In this document: one piece after another, positions 20,818 to 31,055 of the stretch
How the letters are laid out: every line of letters starts with the position of its first letter
How positions within the stretch are numbered: position 1 is the stretch's first letter
Source of the DNA: an uncultured Chloroflexia bacterium
GTDB lineage: Bacteria > Chloroflexota > Limnocylindria > Limnocylindrales > CSP1-4
Reading direction: 5' to 3'
Assembly: GCA_963770795.1 (NCBI GenBank)
Contig: CAVYQR010000001.1
Span: 224,612-288,611, forward strand
DNA length: 64,000 bases
The notes under the pieces: model-generated
The model's input: the letters and a program-made list of their open reading frames with translations, nothing else
What the model was told of the DNA's origin: nothing
The model's database searches: none
Program-made: the position numbers and the translations under genes

Positions 20818-21380
20818 GGCGCCGGCTCCAGGTGGATGACCGCCGAGTCCGACATGAGCAGCGTGGTATAGGGCGGATTGCCGCCGAAGATGAGGCTGAT
20901 CAGCGAGGCGAGCGGCGTCACGGGGTGGAAGTCGTACCTGACCCTGACACCCATCGAGTCACCTTTCGTTCCCAGGCCCTGCACACGTGTCGTAGCCGGC
21001 CAGCCGGCCGTGCCGATGAGGTTGCCCAGGCGGTCGTACTTGTTGATCTTGCCGGTCACGGGCAGCCCAGTGGTGGGATCGGCCTTGTAGATCTCGATCG
21101 AGGTGATGTCCTCCATGAGGATCGGGTCGGTGAGGCCGCGCTGCACCGCCGCGACGATCGCGGGGTCCACGCCGGACGGGTCCGAGCCGCCCTTGCCCAG
21201 CGATGCTCCGACGCGCGCGCCCTCGCGCACCGCGTAGGCCATCGCGGTGCGGTGGTCGATCGCGGCGCCGTACTCCAGGGTCCCCATCAGGATCAGCAGG
21301 AACACCGGCAGGACGAGCGTGAACTCGACCATCGCCTGGCCGCGCTCACCTCGTCGAACTCGGCTCCATGCACGGATCAC
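20814..21380 (-). CDS. TadE-like pilus assembly protein (pseudopilin)
   Basis: …RRGERGQAMVEFTLVLPVFLLILMGTLEYGAA… is the TadE consensus. GTG start at 21380 overlaps the upstream stop, with ATG 21332 as an alternative. The N-terminal part of the long ORF is ignored as spurious. Confidence 0.75.
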   Translation of the reverse strand: MIRAWSRVRRGERGQAMVEFTLVLPVFLLILMGTLEYGAAIDHRTAMAYAVREGARVGASLGKGGSDPSGVDPAIVAAVQRGLTDPILMEDITSIEIYKADPTTGLPVTGKINKYDRLGNLIGTAGWPATTRVQGLGTKGDSMGVRVRYDFHPVTPLASLISLIFGGNPPYTTLLMSDSAVIHLEPAP

Positions 21381-21931
21381 AGCTTCGGCTCCATCCGGAG
21401 CGTCGACCCGTCGCTCACGGCCCAACTGCGCCCGGCCCCGATCGGGGTGATCCCGTAGTAGGTGAAGTCGATGTGAACCCCGACGAGATCCAGGCCGCCT
21501 GACAGCGAGTCGCCGCGAAGGGTCTGCGGGTAGCCCTCCGCGCCCACGAGCGAGTACGGCTGATCCGACCCGGGACATGCCAGGGTTCCGGAGCGTATGT
21601 AGCGGTTCGCCCGGCCAGGGATGGCGTCACCGTTCGTGTCCGACTCGAACACCTCGACTGCCTCGACGCTGGTCCGGTTGGTGGGGGAACGCAGTGCGTC
21701 CTCGACGGCCCTGAGGACGTAGCAGTCGGCGCCGTCCAGCGATCCTGCCTCTGCCGCAACGCTCACGCCTTGCCGGGACGCGTACTGGACGGTCAGGATG
21801 TTGTTGTACAGGAACCCGTACTCGATGAGCCCCATGATCAGCAGGATGAAGATGGGCATGACGAGCGCGAACTCGACCAGGCTCTGCCCCGCCTGCCCGG
21901 CTTCATCGCGTCGCTTCCGCCACTGGGTCAT
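21377..21931 (-). CDS. TadE-like pilus assembly protein (second copy)
   Basis: MTQWRKRRDEAGQAGQSLVEFALVMPIFILLIMGLIEYGF… is the TadE consensus. ATG at 21929-21931. Confidence 0.8.
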   Translation of the reverse strand: MTQWRKRRDEAGQAGQSLVEFALVMPIFILLIMGLIEYGFLYNNILTVQYASRQGVSVAAEAGSLDGADCYVLRAVEDALRSPTNRTSVEAVEVFESDTNGDAIPGRANRYIRSGTLACPGSDQPYSLVGAEGYPQTLRGDSLSGGLDLVGVHIDFTYYGITPIGAGRSWAVSDGSTLRMEPKL

Positions 21932-22079
21932 TGCTTCCTCGGGCGCTGCGAACGCGCTCACAGGCGCGTGCGTCGCCGCGCTGTCCGCAGCATCGCACCT
22001 GTCCCGGAGGCAGAGGAGTCCCTCGATCGGCGGGTTTGGGCACGCGATGGTACCAGCGCGATCCGGGCCCGGAGCCATC

Positions 22080-22095
22080 TAGAACGGCCGTTCTA
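22080..22095. promoter_or_regulatory. LexA/Cheo-type SOS box (tAGAACggccGTTCta, perfect 16-bp palindrome), 31 bp upstream of uvrB, in the uvrB/tad divergent intergenic region
   Basis: GAAC-N4-GTTC is the Gram-positive LexA operator consensus. Its position in front of uvrB is canonical. Confidence 0.7.
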
Positions 22096-22125
22096 TCGAT
22101 GCGTTGACCGTGTATCCTGCGGAGC

Positions 22126-24483
22126 GTGCCGGACTTCCGCCTCGTCGCTCCGTTCGAGCCCACGGGCGACCAGCCACAGGCGATCGACCGCCTCGTGGAC
22201 GGTCTTGGTCGCGGCCTGCGCCACCAGACGCTGCTGGGCGTCACGGGCAGCGGCAAGACCTACACCATGGCCCAGACCATCGTCCGCCATGGCAAGCCGA
22301 CGCTGGTCCTGGCCCACAACAAGACACTGGCCGCCCAGCTGTACTCCGAGTTCCGGGAGTTCTTCCCGGACAACGCCGTCGAGTATTTCGTCTCCTACTT
22401 CGACTACTACCAGCCGGAGGCATACCTCCCGCGCTCGGACACCTACATCGAGAAGGACAGCAGCCGGAACGAGGAGATCGACCGCCTCCGCCATGCCGCC
22501 ACCCACGCGCTGTTCGAGCGGCGGGACGTGATCATCGTCGCGTCCGTGTCCTGCATCTACGGCCTGGGCGCGCCCGTGGACTACGGCGCCACCGTGCTCC
22601 GCCTGCGGGTCGGCGGGCAGTACCGGCGGGACGCCGTGCTGCGCCACCTCGTCGACCTCCAGTACCAGCGCAACGATGCCTCGCTGACACGCGCGAAGTT
22701 CCGCGTCCGGGGAGACACGCTGGAGATCGGGCCGGCCAGCTCCGAGATCATCGTCCGCGTCGAGTTCTTCGGGGACGACGTGGAGCGGATCACGGAGCTT
22801 GACCCGCTGACCGGCGAGCTCCTGGCGGAGCGCAAGGAGCTGAACGTCTTCCCGGCCACGCACTTCGTGACGCCCAGAGAGAAGCTGGGCCAGGCGGTCG
22901 CCGACATTGAGGCCGAGATGGAGCTCCGCGTGGGCCAGATGGAGGCCGACGGCCGCGCGCTGGAGGCGGCGCGCCTGCGCCAGCGGACGACGTTCGACAT
23001 GGAGATGCTCCGGGAGCTGGGCTACTGCAGCGGGGTCGAGAACTACTCGCGACACCTCTCCCAGCGGGAACCGGGGTCACGGCCCTGGACGCTGCTGGAC
23101 TACTTCCCGCCGGACTGGCTGCTGATGGTGGACGAGTCGCACATGACCATCCCGCAGGTGGTCGGCATGTACAAGAACGACCGGACGCGCAAGGAGATCC
23201 TGGTCGACTTCGGCTTCCGGCTCCCGTCCGCGCTGGACAACCGGCCACTGACCTTCGAGGAGTTCGAGGAACACGTCAACCAGACGATCTACGTCTCGGC
23301 GACGCCGGGCCCATACGAGCACGAGAAGAGCGAGCAAATCGTCGAGCAGCTGGTGCGGCCCACGGGGATCATCGACCCGCCGATCACCGTGCGCCCCACC
23401 GAGGGCCAGATCGACGACCTGCTGGAGGAGATCCGCGGCCGCGTCGAGCGGGGCGAGCGTTCGCTGGTGACCACGCTGACCAAGAAGATGGCCGAGGATC
23501 TCGCCGACTACCTCAAGGAGCTGGGCATCAAGGTCCAGTACCTCCACAGCGAGGTGGACACGCTGGAGCGGGTTGCGATCCTCCGGGACCTTCGCCTCGG
23601 TGTGTACGACGTGCTGGTCGGCATCAACCTCCTCCGCGAGGGCCTGGACCTGCCAGAGGTGACCCTGGTGGCGATCCTCGATGCGGACAAGGAGGGGTTC
23701 CTCCGCAGCGCCTGGTCGCTGATCCAGATGATCGGCCGGGCCGCCCGCAACACCGCCGGCGAAGTGGTGATGTACGCGGACCGGATCACGGAGTCGATGC
23801 GGGTCGCGATCGACGAGACGAACCGGCGCCGCGAGGTGCAGACCCGGTACAACGTCGAACACCACATCGAGCCCGCCACGATCATCAAGGGCATCCACGA
23901 CATCAACGACCGGCTGCGTGCGGTGGCCGAGAACACGGTGATGTACAGCTCCGAGCGACGAGGACAGCAGCTGGCGGCCGCGGACAAGGCCGAGGTGGAA
24001 CGCCTGGTCGCCAAGATGGAGGCCGAGATGAGGTCGGCCGCCAAACAGCTGGAGTTCGAGCGGGCCGCGGCGTTGCGGGACGAGATCCAGCAGATCCGGC
24101 TGCGGGTCCTGGAGCAGGATGCCTCCGTGACGGTCGCGCGAGCGGCGGAACGGGCCGCGAAGGAGGCGCTGCTGCCGGCGAAGGAGCGGGGTGCCGCACA
24201 GCGCGCGGCGCGGGAGAAGGGCGTGGCCTCGTTCGAGGTGACCGAGGTCCGGGTGCTGGGCGCGGGCGAGGAGCCGGGGGTTGACGCGGACGCATCGGGC
24301 AATGCTGACCCGTTCGGCGTGGCCACCGACCTGTTCCCGGGGATCCGGGACGAGCACGACGACGAGGACGCCGCCGGGTGGCAGGCCCGTTGGCTGGACC
24401 GGCCGACGTGGGACCACACGGTGACGCCGAACATCAAGCGACGGACGGGCCAGCGGCCGAGCCGCCGCACGCGCGGCTACTGA
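22126..24483 (+). CDS. uvrB: Excinuclease ABC subunit B (UvrB) with a ~100 aa C-terminal extension after the UVR domain
   Basis: GTG start. [23 protein letters not shown]…[12 protein letters not shown]… helicase motifs, beta-hairpin, UVR domain. Confidence 0.95.
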   Translation: MPDFRLVAPFEPTGDQPQAIDRLVDGLGRGLRHQTLLGVTGSGKTYTMAQTIVRHGKPTLVLAHNKTLAAQLYSEFREFFPDNAVEYFVSYFDYYQPEAYLPRSDTYIEKDSSRNEEIDRLRHAATHALFERRDVIIVASVSCIYGLGAPVDYGATVLRLRVGGQYRRDAVLRHLVDLQYQRNDASLTRAKFRVRGDTLEIGPASSEIIVRVEFFGDDVERITELDPLTGELLAERKELNVFPATHFVTPREKLGQAVADIEAEMELRVGQMEADGRALEAARLRQRTTFDMEMLRELGYCSGVENYSRHLSQREPGSRPWTLLDYFPPDWLLMVDESHMTIPQVVGMYKNDRTRKEILVDFGFRLPSALDNRPLTFEEFEEHVNQTIYVSATPGPYEHEKSEQIVEQLVRPTGIIDPPITVRPTEGQIDDLLEEIRGRVERGERSLVTTLTKKMAEDLADYLKELGIKVQYLHSEVDTLERVAILRDLRLGVYDVLVGINLLREGLDLPEVTLVAILDADKEGFLRSAWSLIQMIGRAARNTAGEVVMYADRITESMRVAIDETNRRREVQTRYNVEHHIEPATIIKGIHDINDRLRAVAENTVMYSSERRGQQLAAADKAEVERLVAKMEAEMRSAAKQLEFERAAALRDEIQQIRLRVLEQDASVTVARAAERAAKEALLPAKERGAAQRAAREKGVASFEVTEVRVLGAGEEPGVDADASGNADPFGVATDLFPGIRDEHDDEDAAGWQARWLDRPTWDHTVTPNIKRRTGQRPSRRTRGY

Positions 24484-24492
24484 GGGAGGGAC

Positions 24493-25299
24493 ATGCGCTA
24501 CGCAATCGACATCGCCCCGCTCGGCGACCTCGCGGACCCGGTGGCGATCGTCCGCCTCGCCGTCGCGGCCGAACGCGCCGGCTGGGACGGCTTCAGCACC
24601 TGGGACAGCCTGGGAACCTCGATCGGCGCCGCGGCCGCCGATCCGTTCGTGGCGTTGGCGGCAGTCGCCTCAGCCACGGATCGCCTGCAGCTGATCCTGT
24701 CGGTCGTGGCCTTGCCGCGGCGACGCCCGCAGCTGGTCGCCCAGGCGGCCGCCACGCTCGACCGCTGGAGCGGGGGGCGCTTCGTGTTGGGGATCGGCGC
24801 GGGCGGGGACCCTGGCGACTTCACCGAGTTCGGCGAGTCGTTCGAGGCCACGGAGCGTATGGCACGGTTCGACGAGACCGCGTCGCTGGTCGACGGATAC
24901 CTGCGGGGTGTGGGCGGCACGGTGACCGGCCCTCGACCCGCCCAGGAGCCCAGGCCGCCGATCTGGCTGGGCGGCATGCGGCCCGGGGCGCTCCGGCGCG
25001 CGGCCCGCTGGGACGGCTGGGTCGCGATCGCGGTCGACGACGAAGGCCTGGCGATGAACCTCTCGCCGGCCGCGTTTGCCACGATGGTGGGCCGGATGGG
25101 GGAGGAGCTGGCCGCGGCTGGACGGGCAGATGCACCATTCGACATCGCGGTCTTCGGGCTCTCCGAGCCGTCCGGGGCGGATGCCGTGGCGGCGTTCGGG
25201 GCGGTGGGTGCCACCTGGTGGCTCGAGAGCCTGTCGCCCCAGCGTGGGTCGTTCGAGGAGTTGCTGGCCAGGATCGAGGCCGGACCGCCGTTGGCCTGA
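24493..25299 (+). CDS. LLM-class F420/flavin-dependent oxidoreductase, 268 aa
   Basis: MRYAIDIAPLGDLADPVAIVRLAVAAERAGWDGFSTWDS…FVLGIGAGG… is the luciferase-like TIM-barrel family signature. Confidence 0.75.
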   Translation: MRYAIDIAPLGDLADPVAIVRLAVAAERAGWDGFSTWDSLGTSIGAAAADPFVALAAVASATDRLQLILSVVALPRRRPQLVAQAAATLDRWSGGRFVLGIGAGGDPGDFTEFGESFEATERMARFDETASLVDGYLRGVGGTVTGPRPAQEPRPPIWLGGMRPGALRRAARWDGWVAIAVDDEGLAMNLSPAAFATMVGRMGEELAAAGRADAPFDIAVFGLSEPSGADAVAAFGAVGATWWLESLSPQRGSFEELLARIEAGPPLA

Positions 25300-25413
25300 C
25301 CGGTCCGGAACAGCGTGGCGGCGACGGGATCGACCACGTGCCAGGAGGTGGCGTGGCCCGAGCCGAACCCGGGGCGGTCGCGATCACCCCGGGTCCTGCG
25401 ATACCGTGGAGCC

Positions 25414-25971
25414 ATGAGCCCCCGCCTCAGGTTTCGCATCCGCACCCGCCGCGCGGGCCGCGTTCTCGCGGCTGCCGCGCTTGTCGTCACCGTTGCCGCC
25501 TGCGTCCCGACGCCCTCGGACGGCCCGGAGTTCGTCGTCATCGAGGCGCTCGACAAGGTGGCCGCCAAGGACCTCGAGGGTCTCCGTCCGTTGGCCTGTG
25601 CCGGACAGGAAGACCGCATCCGGGACCAGCTGGGCCTGCCGGGCGGCGTCGGCGGCGAGCTGCTGCCGGGCCTCGACACGCAGGCTCTCGTCGACGCGAT
25701 CCAGCTTGGCGTGGACGGCGTGAAGACGGGTGAGCCCGTGATCGACGGTGACGTGGCCCAGGTGCCGGTCACCGGCACGGTCAAGGTGACCTTCGACGCC
25801 GCCGCGATGCGCCCGATCCTCCGCCAGGTGCTGGCCCAGCAGGGCACGACGATGACCGATGAGCAGCTGGACGCCCTGCTCAAGACGCTCGAGGCATACG
25901 GGCAGGACGTGCCGCTGGACCAGTCGGTGCGCCTGGTCCGCGAGGGCGGCGCCTGGAAGATCTGCCAGTAG
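25414..25971 (+). CDS. Hypothetical lipoprotein (signal peptide with lipobox …VTVAAC)
   Basis: MSPRLRFRIRTRRAGRVLAAAALVVTVAACVPTP… No recognisable domain. Confidence 0.6.
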   Translation: MSPRLRFRIRTRRAGRVLAAAALVVTVAACVPTPSDGPEFVVIEALDKVAAKDLEGLRPLACAGQEDRIRDQLGLPGGVGGELLPGLDTQALVDAIQLGVDGVKTGEPVIDGDVAQVPVTGTVKVTFDAAAMRPILRQVLAQQGTTMTDEQLDALLKTLEAYGQDVPLDQSVRLVREGGAWKICQ

Positions 25972-26004
25972 GCGGTCGGACCCCGAGCGTCGGATCGGGA
26001 GTCC

Positions 26005-26020
26005 AGAACGCCTGTTCGGT
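26005..26020. promoter_or_regulatory. LexA/Cheo-type SOS box (cAGAACgcctGTTCgg), ~28 bp upstream of uvrA
   Basis: GAAC-N4-GTTC motif immediately upstream of the uvrA GTG start. Confidence 0.6.
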
Positions 26021-26047
26021 TTCACGTTGATCGGGTAGACTTCGGCC

Positions 26048-29000
26048 GTGCCCCAGGATCAGATCGTCGTGCGCGGTGCGCGCGAGCACAACCTCAGGAA
26101 CGTGGACGTCGCGTTCCCGCGAGACCGGCTCGTGGTCATCACGGGCCTGTCCGGCAGCGGCAAGAGCAGTCTCGCCTTCGACACCATCTACGCGGAGGGT
26201 CAGCGCCGCTACGTCGAGAGCCTGTCCGCGTACGCCCGGCAGTTCCTGGGCCAGATGGAGAAGCCGGACGTCGACCAGATCGATGGGCTTTCGCCCGCCA
26301 TCTCCATCGACCAGAAGGGCGCCAGCCGCAACCCGCGGTCCACGGTCGGCACCGTCACCGAGATCTACGACTACCTCCGGCTCCTGTTCGCCCGGATCGG
26401 ACACCCGCACTGCCCCGCGTGCGGCCGGGAGATCGAACGCCAGACGATCCAGCAGATCGTGGACCAGGTGCTCGCGCTGCCCGATGGGACGCGGCTGCTG
26501 GTGCTGGGCCCGCTGGTCAAGGATCGCAAGACCGAGGGGGACCGCGTCTTCGAGGGGGCGCGCAAGCAGGGCTTTGTGCGCGTGCGCGTGGACGGAACGC
26601 AATACGACCTCTCGGAGGCCCCCACCCTCGACAAGTACAAGCGGCACTCCATCGAGGTCGTGGTGGACCGGTTCGTCGTCCGGCGGGCGGAGACGCCGGA
26701 GGGATGGGCGACGGACGAGAACGGCCGACCGGTGGACCCGGAGAGCGGCGCCGCGCTGCCGGACCCGGACGCGACGCGGCTTGCGGACTCCGTCGAGACC
26801 GCGCTCCGCCTGGGTGAGGGCGTCGTGGTCATCGCGCCCGTGCCGCGGGACGGAGAGGCGCCCCAGTTCGAGGAGCGCCCGTACAGCGAGCGGTACAGCT
26901 GCCCCTACGACGGCACGACGATCGACGAGCTGGAGCCCAGGAGCTTCTCGTTCAACTCGCCTCACGGTGCCTGCCCAACCTGCACGGGTCTCGGGACGCA
27001 GCTCGTCATCGACCCGGACCTGGTGATCCCGGACAGGAGCCGCAGCATCAAGGCCGGTGCCCTGGCGCCGTGGAACAAGATGCCCACGGAGATCTCGTGG
27101 CGGATGAAGATCACGGAGGCGGTGTTCGCGTCGCGTGGATGGCGGATCGACGTGCCGGTGAGCGACCTGCCGCCCGAGGCGATCGAGCTCCTCCTGTACG
27201 CGCCCAAGGACGAGAAGGTCGTCGTGCGGTATCGCCACGAGCGGGGCGAGAACAGCTACGTGGCCACGTTCGAGGGCGTCGTCACGAACCTCGAGCGGCG
27301 CTTCCGGGAGACGGAGTCGGAGTACATCCGGACCGAGCTCGAGAGGTTCATGGTCCAGAAGCCCTGTCCCACGTGCCAGGGGCGCCGCCTGCGCCCGGAG
27401 GTGCTGGCGGTCTCGGTGGTCGAGAAGAACATCTCGGAGATCGCGGGCCTGTCGGTGACCGACGCTCTGGACTGGGCCGCGGGCCTCTCGGACCGGGTGA
27501 CCGAGCGGGAGCGGACGATTGCCCGGCAGGTGCTCAAGGAGATCGTGGCCCGGCTCGGGTTCCTGGTGGACGTCGGCCTGGACTACCTGACGCTGGACCG
27601 GGCAAGCGTCAGCCTGTCGGGCGGCGAGGCCCAGCGGATCCGGCTGGCGACCCAGATCGGCACTACCCTCATGGGCGTCCTCTACATCCTGGACGAGCCG
27701 TCGATCGGCCTCCACCAGCGCGACAACGCGAAGCTGATCGCCACGCTGACGAGGCTTCGGGACCTCGGCAACACGGTGCTTGTCGTGGAGCACGACGAGG
27801 AGACGATCCGGACCGCGGACTGGGTGATCGACATTGGGCCGGGTGCGGGGGAGCACGGCGGCGAGATCATCGCGAACGGCCCCCTGGAGGTCGTGCTGGC
27901 GGAACCGCGTTCGATCACGGGCGCCTTCCTGCGCGGGGAGCGGCAGGTCGCCATCCCGGAGCGGCGTCGGCACGGCAACGGCCAGTACCTCATCTTGAGG
28001 GGCGCGCGGGAGCACAACCTGAAGAACGTGGACGTGCGGTTCCCGCTCGGCACGTTCATCGCCGTGACCGGCGTCTCGGGCTCCGGCAAGAGCACCCTCG
28101 TGGACGAAGTCCTGTACCGGGCGCTCGCCCGGGAGCTGACGGGGTCCCGGGAGCCGGTCGGCGCGCACGATGCCGTCGAGGGCGTGCAGCACATCGACAA
28201 GATCATCGAGATCGACCAGAGCCCCATCGGCCGTACCCCTCGGTCGAACCCGGCAACCTACACCGGCCTCTTCGGCACCATCCGGGAGCTCTTCGCCGGC
28301 ACGCCCGACGCACGGGTGCGCGGGTACCTGCCCGGCCGCTTCAGCTTCAACGTCAAGGGTGGCCGGTGCGAGAACTGCAAGGGCGACGGGATCATCAAGA
28401 TCGAGATGCAGTTCCTGCCGGACGTCTACGTCCCGTGCGAGATCTGCCACGGGAAGCGCTACAACCGCGAGGCGCTGGAGATCCACTACAAGGGCCGGTC
28501 GATCTCGGACGTGCTCGAGATGACCGTCGCGGAAGCGCTCGACTTCTTCACCGCCGTACCCAAGATCCGGAACAAGCTCCAGACGCTCTACGACGTGGGC
28601 CTGGGGTACGTCCACCTGGGCCAGCCCGCGACGACGCTCTCCGGCGGCGAGGCCCAGCGCGTCAAGCTGGCCACGGAGCTGTCGCGGCGGGCAACCGGCA
28701 AGACGCTCTACCTGCTGGACGAGCCCACGACCGGCCTCCACTTCGCCGACGTGGACAAGCTGCTCCACGTCCTGCACCGCCTCGTTGACAACGGCAACAC
28801 GGTGCTGGTCATCGAGCACAACCTCGACGTGATCAAGACTGCGGACTGGATCGTGGACCTGGGCCCGGAGGGGGGCCACCGCGGTGGGCTCGTCATTGCC
28901 GAGGGCACCCCGGAGCAGGTCGCGGAAGCCGAAGGGTCCGCGACCGGCGAGTACCTCGCGCGGGTGCTGCGCGGCGAGCCGCTTGTTCCCCTGAGCCACG

Positions 29001-29122
29001 TCACCTTCGCGGACGAAGCCGGGCGCCCGGGTCTCGGCGGCGGGGTCGGGGCGGCTCCCGCGCCCGAGATCGTCCCGTCGAGCAAGCGGGTCGCAGCAGC
29101 CCGGTCCGCCGGAGAGCGGTAG
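26048..29122 (+). CDS. uvrA: Excinuclease ABC subunit A (UvrA), 1024 aa
   Basis: GTG start. [21 protein letters not shown]…[14 protein letters not shown]…, two ABC modules, zinc-finger motifs (CPACGR…, CPTCTG…, CENCKGDG…CEICHG). Confidence 0.95.
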   Translation: MPQDQIVVRGAREHNLRNVDVAFPRDRLVVITGLSGSGKSSLAFDTIYAEGQRRYVESLSAYARQFLGQMEKPDVDQIDGLSPAISIDQKGASRNPRSTVGTVTEIYDYLRLLFARIGHPHCPACGREIERQTIQQIVDQVLALPDGTRLLVLGPLVKDRKTEGDRVFEGARKQGFVRVRVDGTQYDLSEAPTLDKYKRHSIEVVVDRFVVRRAETPEGWATDENGRPVDPESGAALPDPDATRLADSVETALRLGEGVVVIAPVPRDGEAPQFEERPYSERYSCPYDGTTIDELEPRSFSFNSPHGACPTCTGLGTQLVIDPDLVIPDRSRSIKAGALAPWNKMPTEISWRMKITEAVFASRGWRIDVPVSDLPPEAIELLLYAPKDEKVVVRYRHERGENSYVATFEGVVTNLERRFRETESEYIRTELERFMVQKPCPTCQGRRLRPEVLAVSVVEKNISEIAGLSVTDALDWAAGLSDRVTERERTIARQVLKEIVARLGFLVDVGLDYLTLDRASVSLSGGEAQRIRLATQIGTTLMGVLYILDEPSIGLHQRDNAKLIATLTRLRDLGNTVLVVEHDEETIRTADWVIDIGPGAGEHGGEIIANGPLEVVLAEPRSITGAFLRGERQVAIPERRRHGNGQYLILRGAREHNLKNVDVRFPLGTFIAVTGVSGSGKSTLVDEVLYRALARELTGSREPVGAHDAVEGVQHIDKIIEIDQSPIGRTPRSNPATYTGLFGTIRELFAGTPDARVRGYLPGRFSFNVKGGRCENCKGDGIIKIEMQFLPDVYVPCEICHGKRYNREALEIHYKGRSISDVLEMTVAEALDFFTAVPKIRNKLQTLYDVGLGYVHLGQPATTLSGGEAQRVKLATELSRRATGKTLYLLDEPTTGLHFADVDKLLHVLHRLVDNGNTVLVIEHNLDVIKTADWIVDLGPEGGHRGGLVIAEGTPEQVAEAEGSATGEYLARVLRGEPLVPLSHVTFADEAGRPGLGGGVGAAPAPEIVPSSKRVAAARSAGER

Positions 29123-29160
29123 GCCCACACCACGGTTGGCTTCTGCCGTCGGGAGGGCGG

Positions 29161-29649
29161 ATGCGGCACATGCCCGAGTCGTCGCGGAGCTCCGCCTGGG
29201 GCTACGATGGGGTCATGCCGGAGATTGACTACGCGTTCCTCGCGGATTCCGCCGAGACCCAGCCGGGCCAGAAGTTTCACGTCCTGGGCGGGGGCATCAC
29301 GCGGATCGGCGGGCGCACGTTCCCGCTCCGCCACCCGCACCTGGCACTGGTCGTCGGGCTGATGGTCACGGCGCCCGAGACCGAGCGCGAGCACGAGCTG
29401 CGCATCGTCCTCCTGGATCCCGACGGGCACGAGGTCACGGGCGCCACCGGCAGCGTGATCGCCCGGGGACAGCCCGATGGACGGGACGCGATCCTGACCT
29501 TCAGCATCGACCTCTGGAACCTGACGTTCCCCTCGCCCGGCGACTACTCGTTCCGGATCCTTGTCAACGGCTCCGAGCGGAAGCGGCTGGGGCTCGTGCT
29601 GGTGAGGCCGACGGCCGATGGACTTCCGGCGGGCACGCTGGACTCGTGA
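29161..29649 (+). CDS. Hypothetical protein (~145-162 aa, beta-rich, no recognisable domain)
   Basis: Coding-like composition. Candidate starts are ATG 29161 (GGGAGGG upstream) and ATG 29218. Stop overlaps the next ORF's GTG (GTGA). Confidence 0.5.
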   Translation: MRHMPESSRSSAWGYDGVMPEIDYAFLADSAETQPGQKFHVLGGGITRIGGRTFPLRHPHLALVVGLMVTAPETEREHELRIVLLDPDGHEVTGATGSVIARGQPDGRDAILTFSIDLWNLTFPSPGDYSFRILVNGSERKRLGLVLVRPTADGLPAGTLDS

Positions 29650-29988
29650 CCGCCGGCGCCGGCAGGGTCTCGAAGCGCGGCCCGGCCCGCCACGAGCGCC
29701 CCGCCATCGACGAGGCGGCGCTGCTGGCCGCCCGCGCGGCGGACCGCCTGCTGGACGATGCTCGCGCCCGGGACGCAACCCGCTGGATCGCCTATCTCGA
29801 GCCGCTGCCCGACCACCTTCGCGACGGGGACCTTGCCGACCTGCGCCGCCTGGCGACTGCGCGCCCGCGCGGCCTACGGGCCGAAGGACTCCATCCGGGA
29901 TGCGCTCTCGAGCGACGTGACGGAGCCGTTCCTGGTCGCGATCGACCGGCTCCTGAAGGTCCTGGCGAAGCGCGAGGTCCAGTAGCGG
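29646..29988 (+). CDS. Hypothetical small protein with an apparent +1 frameshift near 29850-29870 in a GC run
   Basis: The N-terminal half is protein-like in the frame of 29646 (…DATRWIAYLEPLPDHLRDGDLADLRRLATARPR). The C-terminal half is protein-like in the +1 frame (…AAYGPKDSIRDALSSDVTEPFLVAIDRLLKVLAKREVQ*). Translationally coupled to the previous ORF. Confidence 0.4.
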
Positions 29989-29989
29989 G

Positions 29990-30466
29990 TCAGTAGAGGA
30001 ACGGCACGAGGCGCCGCGTGCGGGCCCGGTACGCCGCGTAGCCGGGGTAGCGCGCCTCCAGCCACTGCTCCTCGCGCCCGGACTTGAGACGGAAGAACCC
30101 CAGCAGGACCGCGGCGCCCGCCAGCGTCAAGGGTGATGCCAGCAGCAGCCCGTACCCCGCGGCCCCGACGATGATCCCACCGTAGATCGGGTGGCGAACG
30201 AGGCGGTACGTGCCCGTGTCCACGAGCGAGGCGCCGTCGCGGGGGTGGGGGAGCGGCGTCAGCGCCTCCCGGAGGTCCACCAGCCCGCGGCCGGCGAGCA
30301 GCAGGCCCAGGGCAAGGAGCGCGGCCCCGAGCACCGACGTGACCACGCGGGCCGGGTCCTCCCAGGCGGGGCCGGCCAGGCCGGAAACGGCGACCACCCC
30401 GAGCAGGACGAACTGGATGATGACCCAGCCCTCGCCCCGGGGACCGAGGGCCGGCAGGCGGCTCAT
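29990..30466 (-). CDS. Isoprenylcysteine carboxyl methyltransferase (ICMT)/phospholipid methyltransferase-family membrane methyltransferase, 158 aa
   Basis: MSRLPALGP…, multiple TM helices, and the C-terminal motif …LVDTGTYRLVRHPIYGGIIV…REEQWLEARYPGYAAYRARTRRLVPFLY (ICMT/PEMT family). Start ATGA-overlaps the GNAT stop. Confidence 0.75.
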   Translation of the reverse strand: MSRLPALGPRGEGWVIIQFVLLGVVAVSGLAGPAWEDPARVVTSVLGAALLALGLLLAGRGLVDLREALTPLPHPRDGASLVDTGTYRLVRHPIYGGIIVGAAGYGLLLASPLTLAGAAVLLGFFRLKSGREEQWLEARYPGYAAYRARTRRLVPFLY

Positions 30467-31032
30467 CCGCGCGCGGCCCGCCATTCGTCCGCGAGGATCG
30501 CCATGCGGTGGACGTCCTGGAAGCTGCCCTCGAGGAAGATGGCCCGGCGCAGCGTGCCCTCGTGCACGAACCCCACCCTCTCGTACACCCGCCTCGCCAC
30601 GGTGTTCATGTCGTACACGTCCAGCCAGATCCGCTGCAGCCGCAGCGTCCCGAACCCGAAGGCGATCAGCGCGCGGAGCATGTCTGTGCCGAGCCCCCGG
30701 CCCCGATCCTCCGGTGCGCCGATGCAGATGCCGAGCCCTGCGCTCCCGTTCCGCAGGTCCAGCTCGAACAGGCTGATCGTGCCGATCGCCCGGTCGTCTT
30801 CGAGGAGACAGGCCACGAAGAAGTAGCCGCCCTTGCCCTGGTCCGCGGTGGTCCGCTCGAACCACTGCTCCTCGGTCGCCAGCGAGATGGGCGCCGCCAC
30901 CGTCAGGGTCCGGACCGTGCGGTAGTCCGTCATCCAGGTGACGAACATCGGGATGTCCTCCCGCTCGCCGGCGCGGAGGTAGACCGCACCATGCGCGATC
31001 ACCGGCTGGGTTCCGTCTCGTCGCGTGGGCAT
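30463..31032 (-). CDS. GNAT family N-acetyltransferase (RimJ/RimL-like), 189 aa
   Basis: …AIGTISLFELDLRNGSAGLGICIGAPEDRGRGLGTDMLRALIAFGF… (acetyl-CoA-binding motif A), …RRVYERVGFVHEGTLRR…. Confidence 0.85.
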   Translation of the reverse strand: MPTRRDGTQPVIAHGAVYLRAGEREDIPMFVTWMTDYRTVRTLTVAAPISLATEEQWFERTTADQGKGGYFFVACLLEDDRAIGTISLFELDLRNGSAGLGICIGAPEDRGRGLGTDMLRALIAFGFGTLRLQRIWLDVYDMNTVARRVYERVGFVHEGTLRRAIFLEGSFQDVHRMAILADEWRAARG

Positions 31033-31055
31033 CGGCTCCTCCGCACTCCTGGTGG

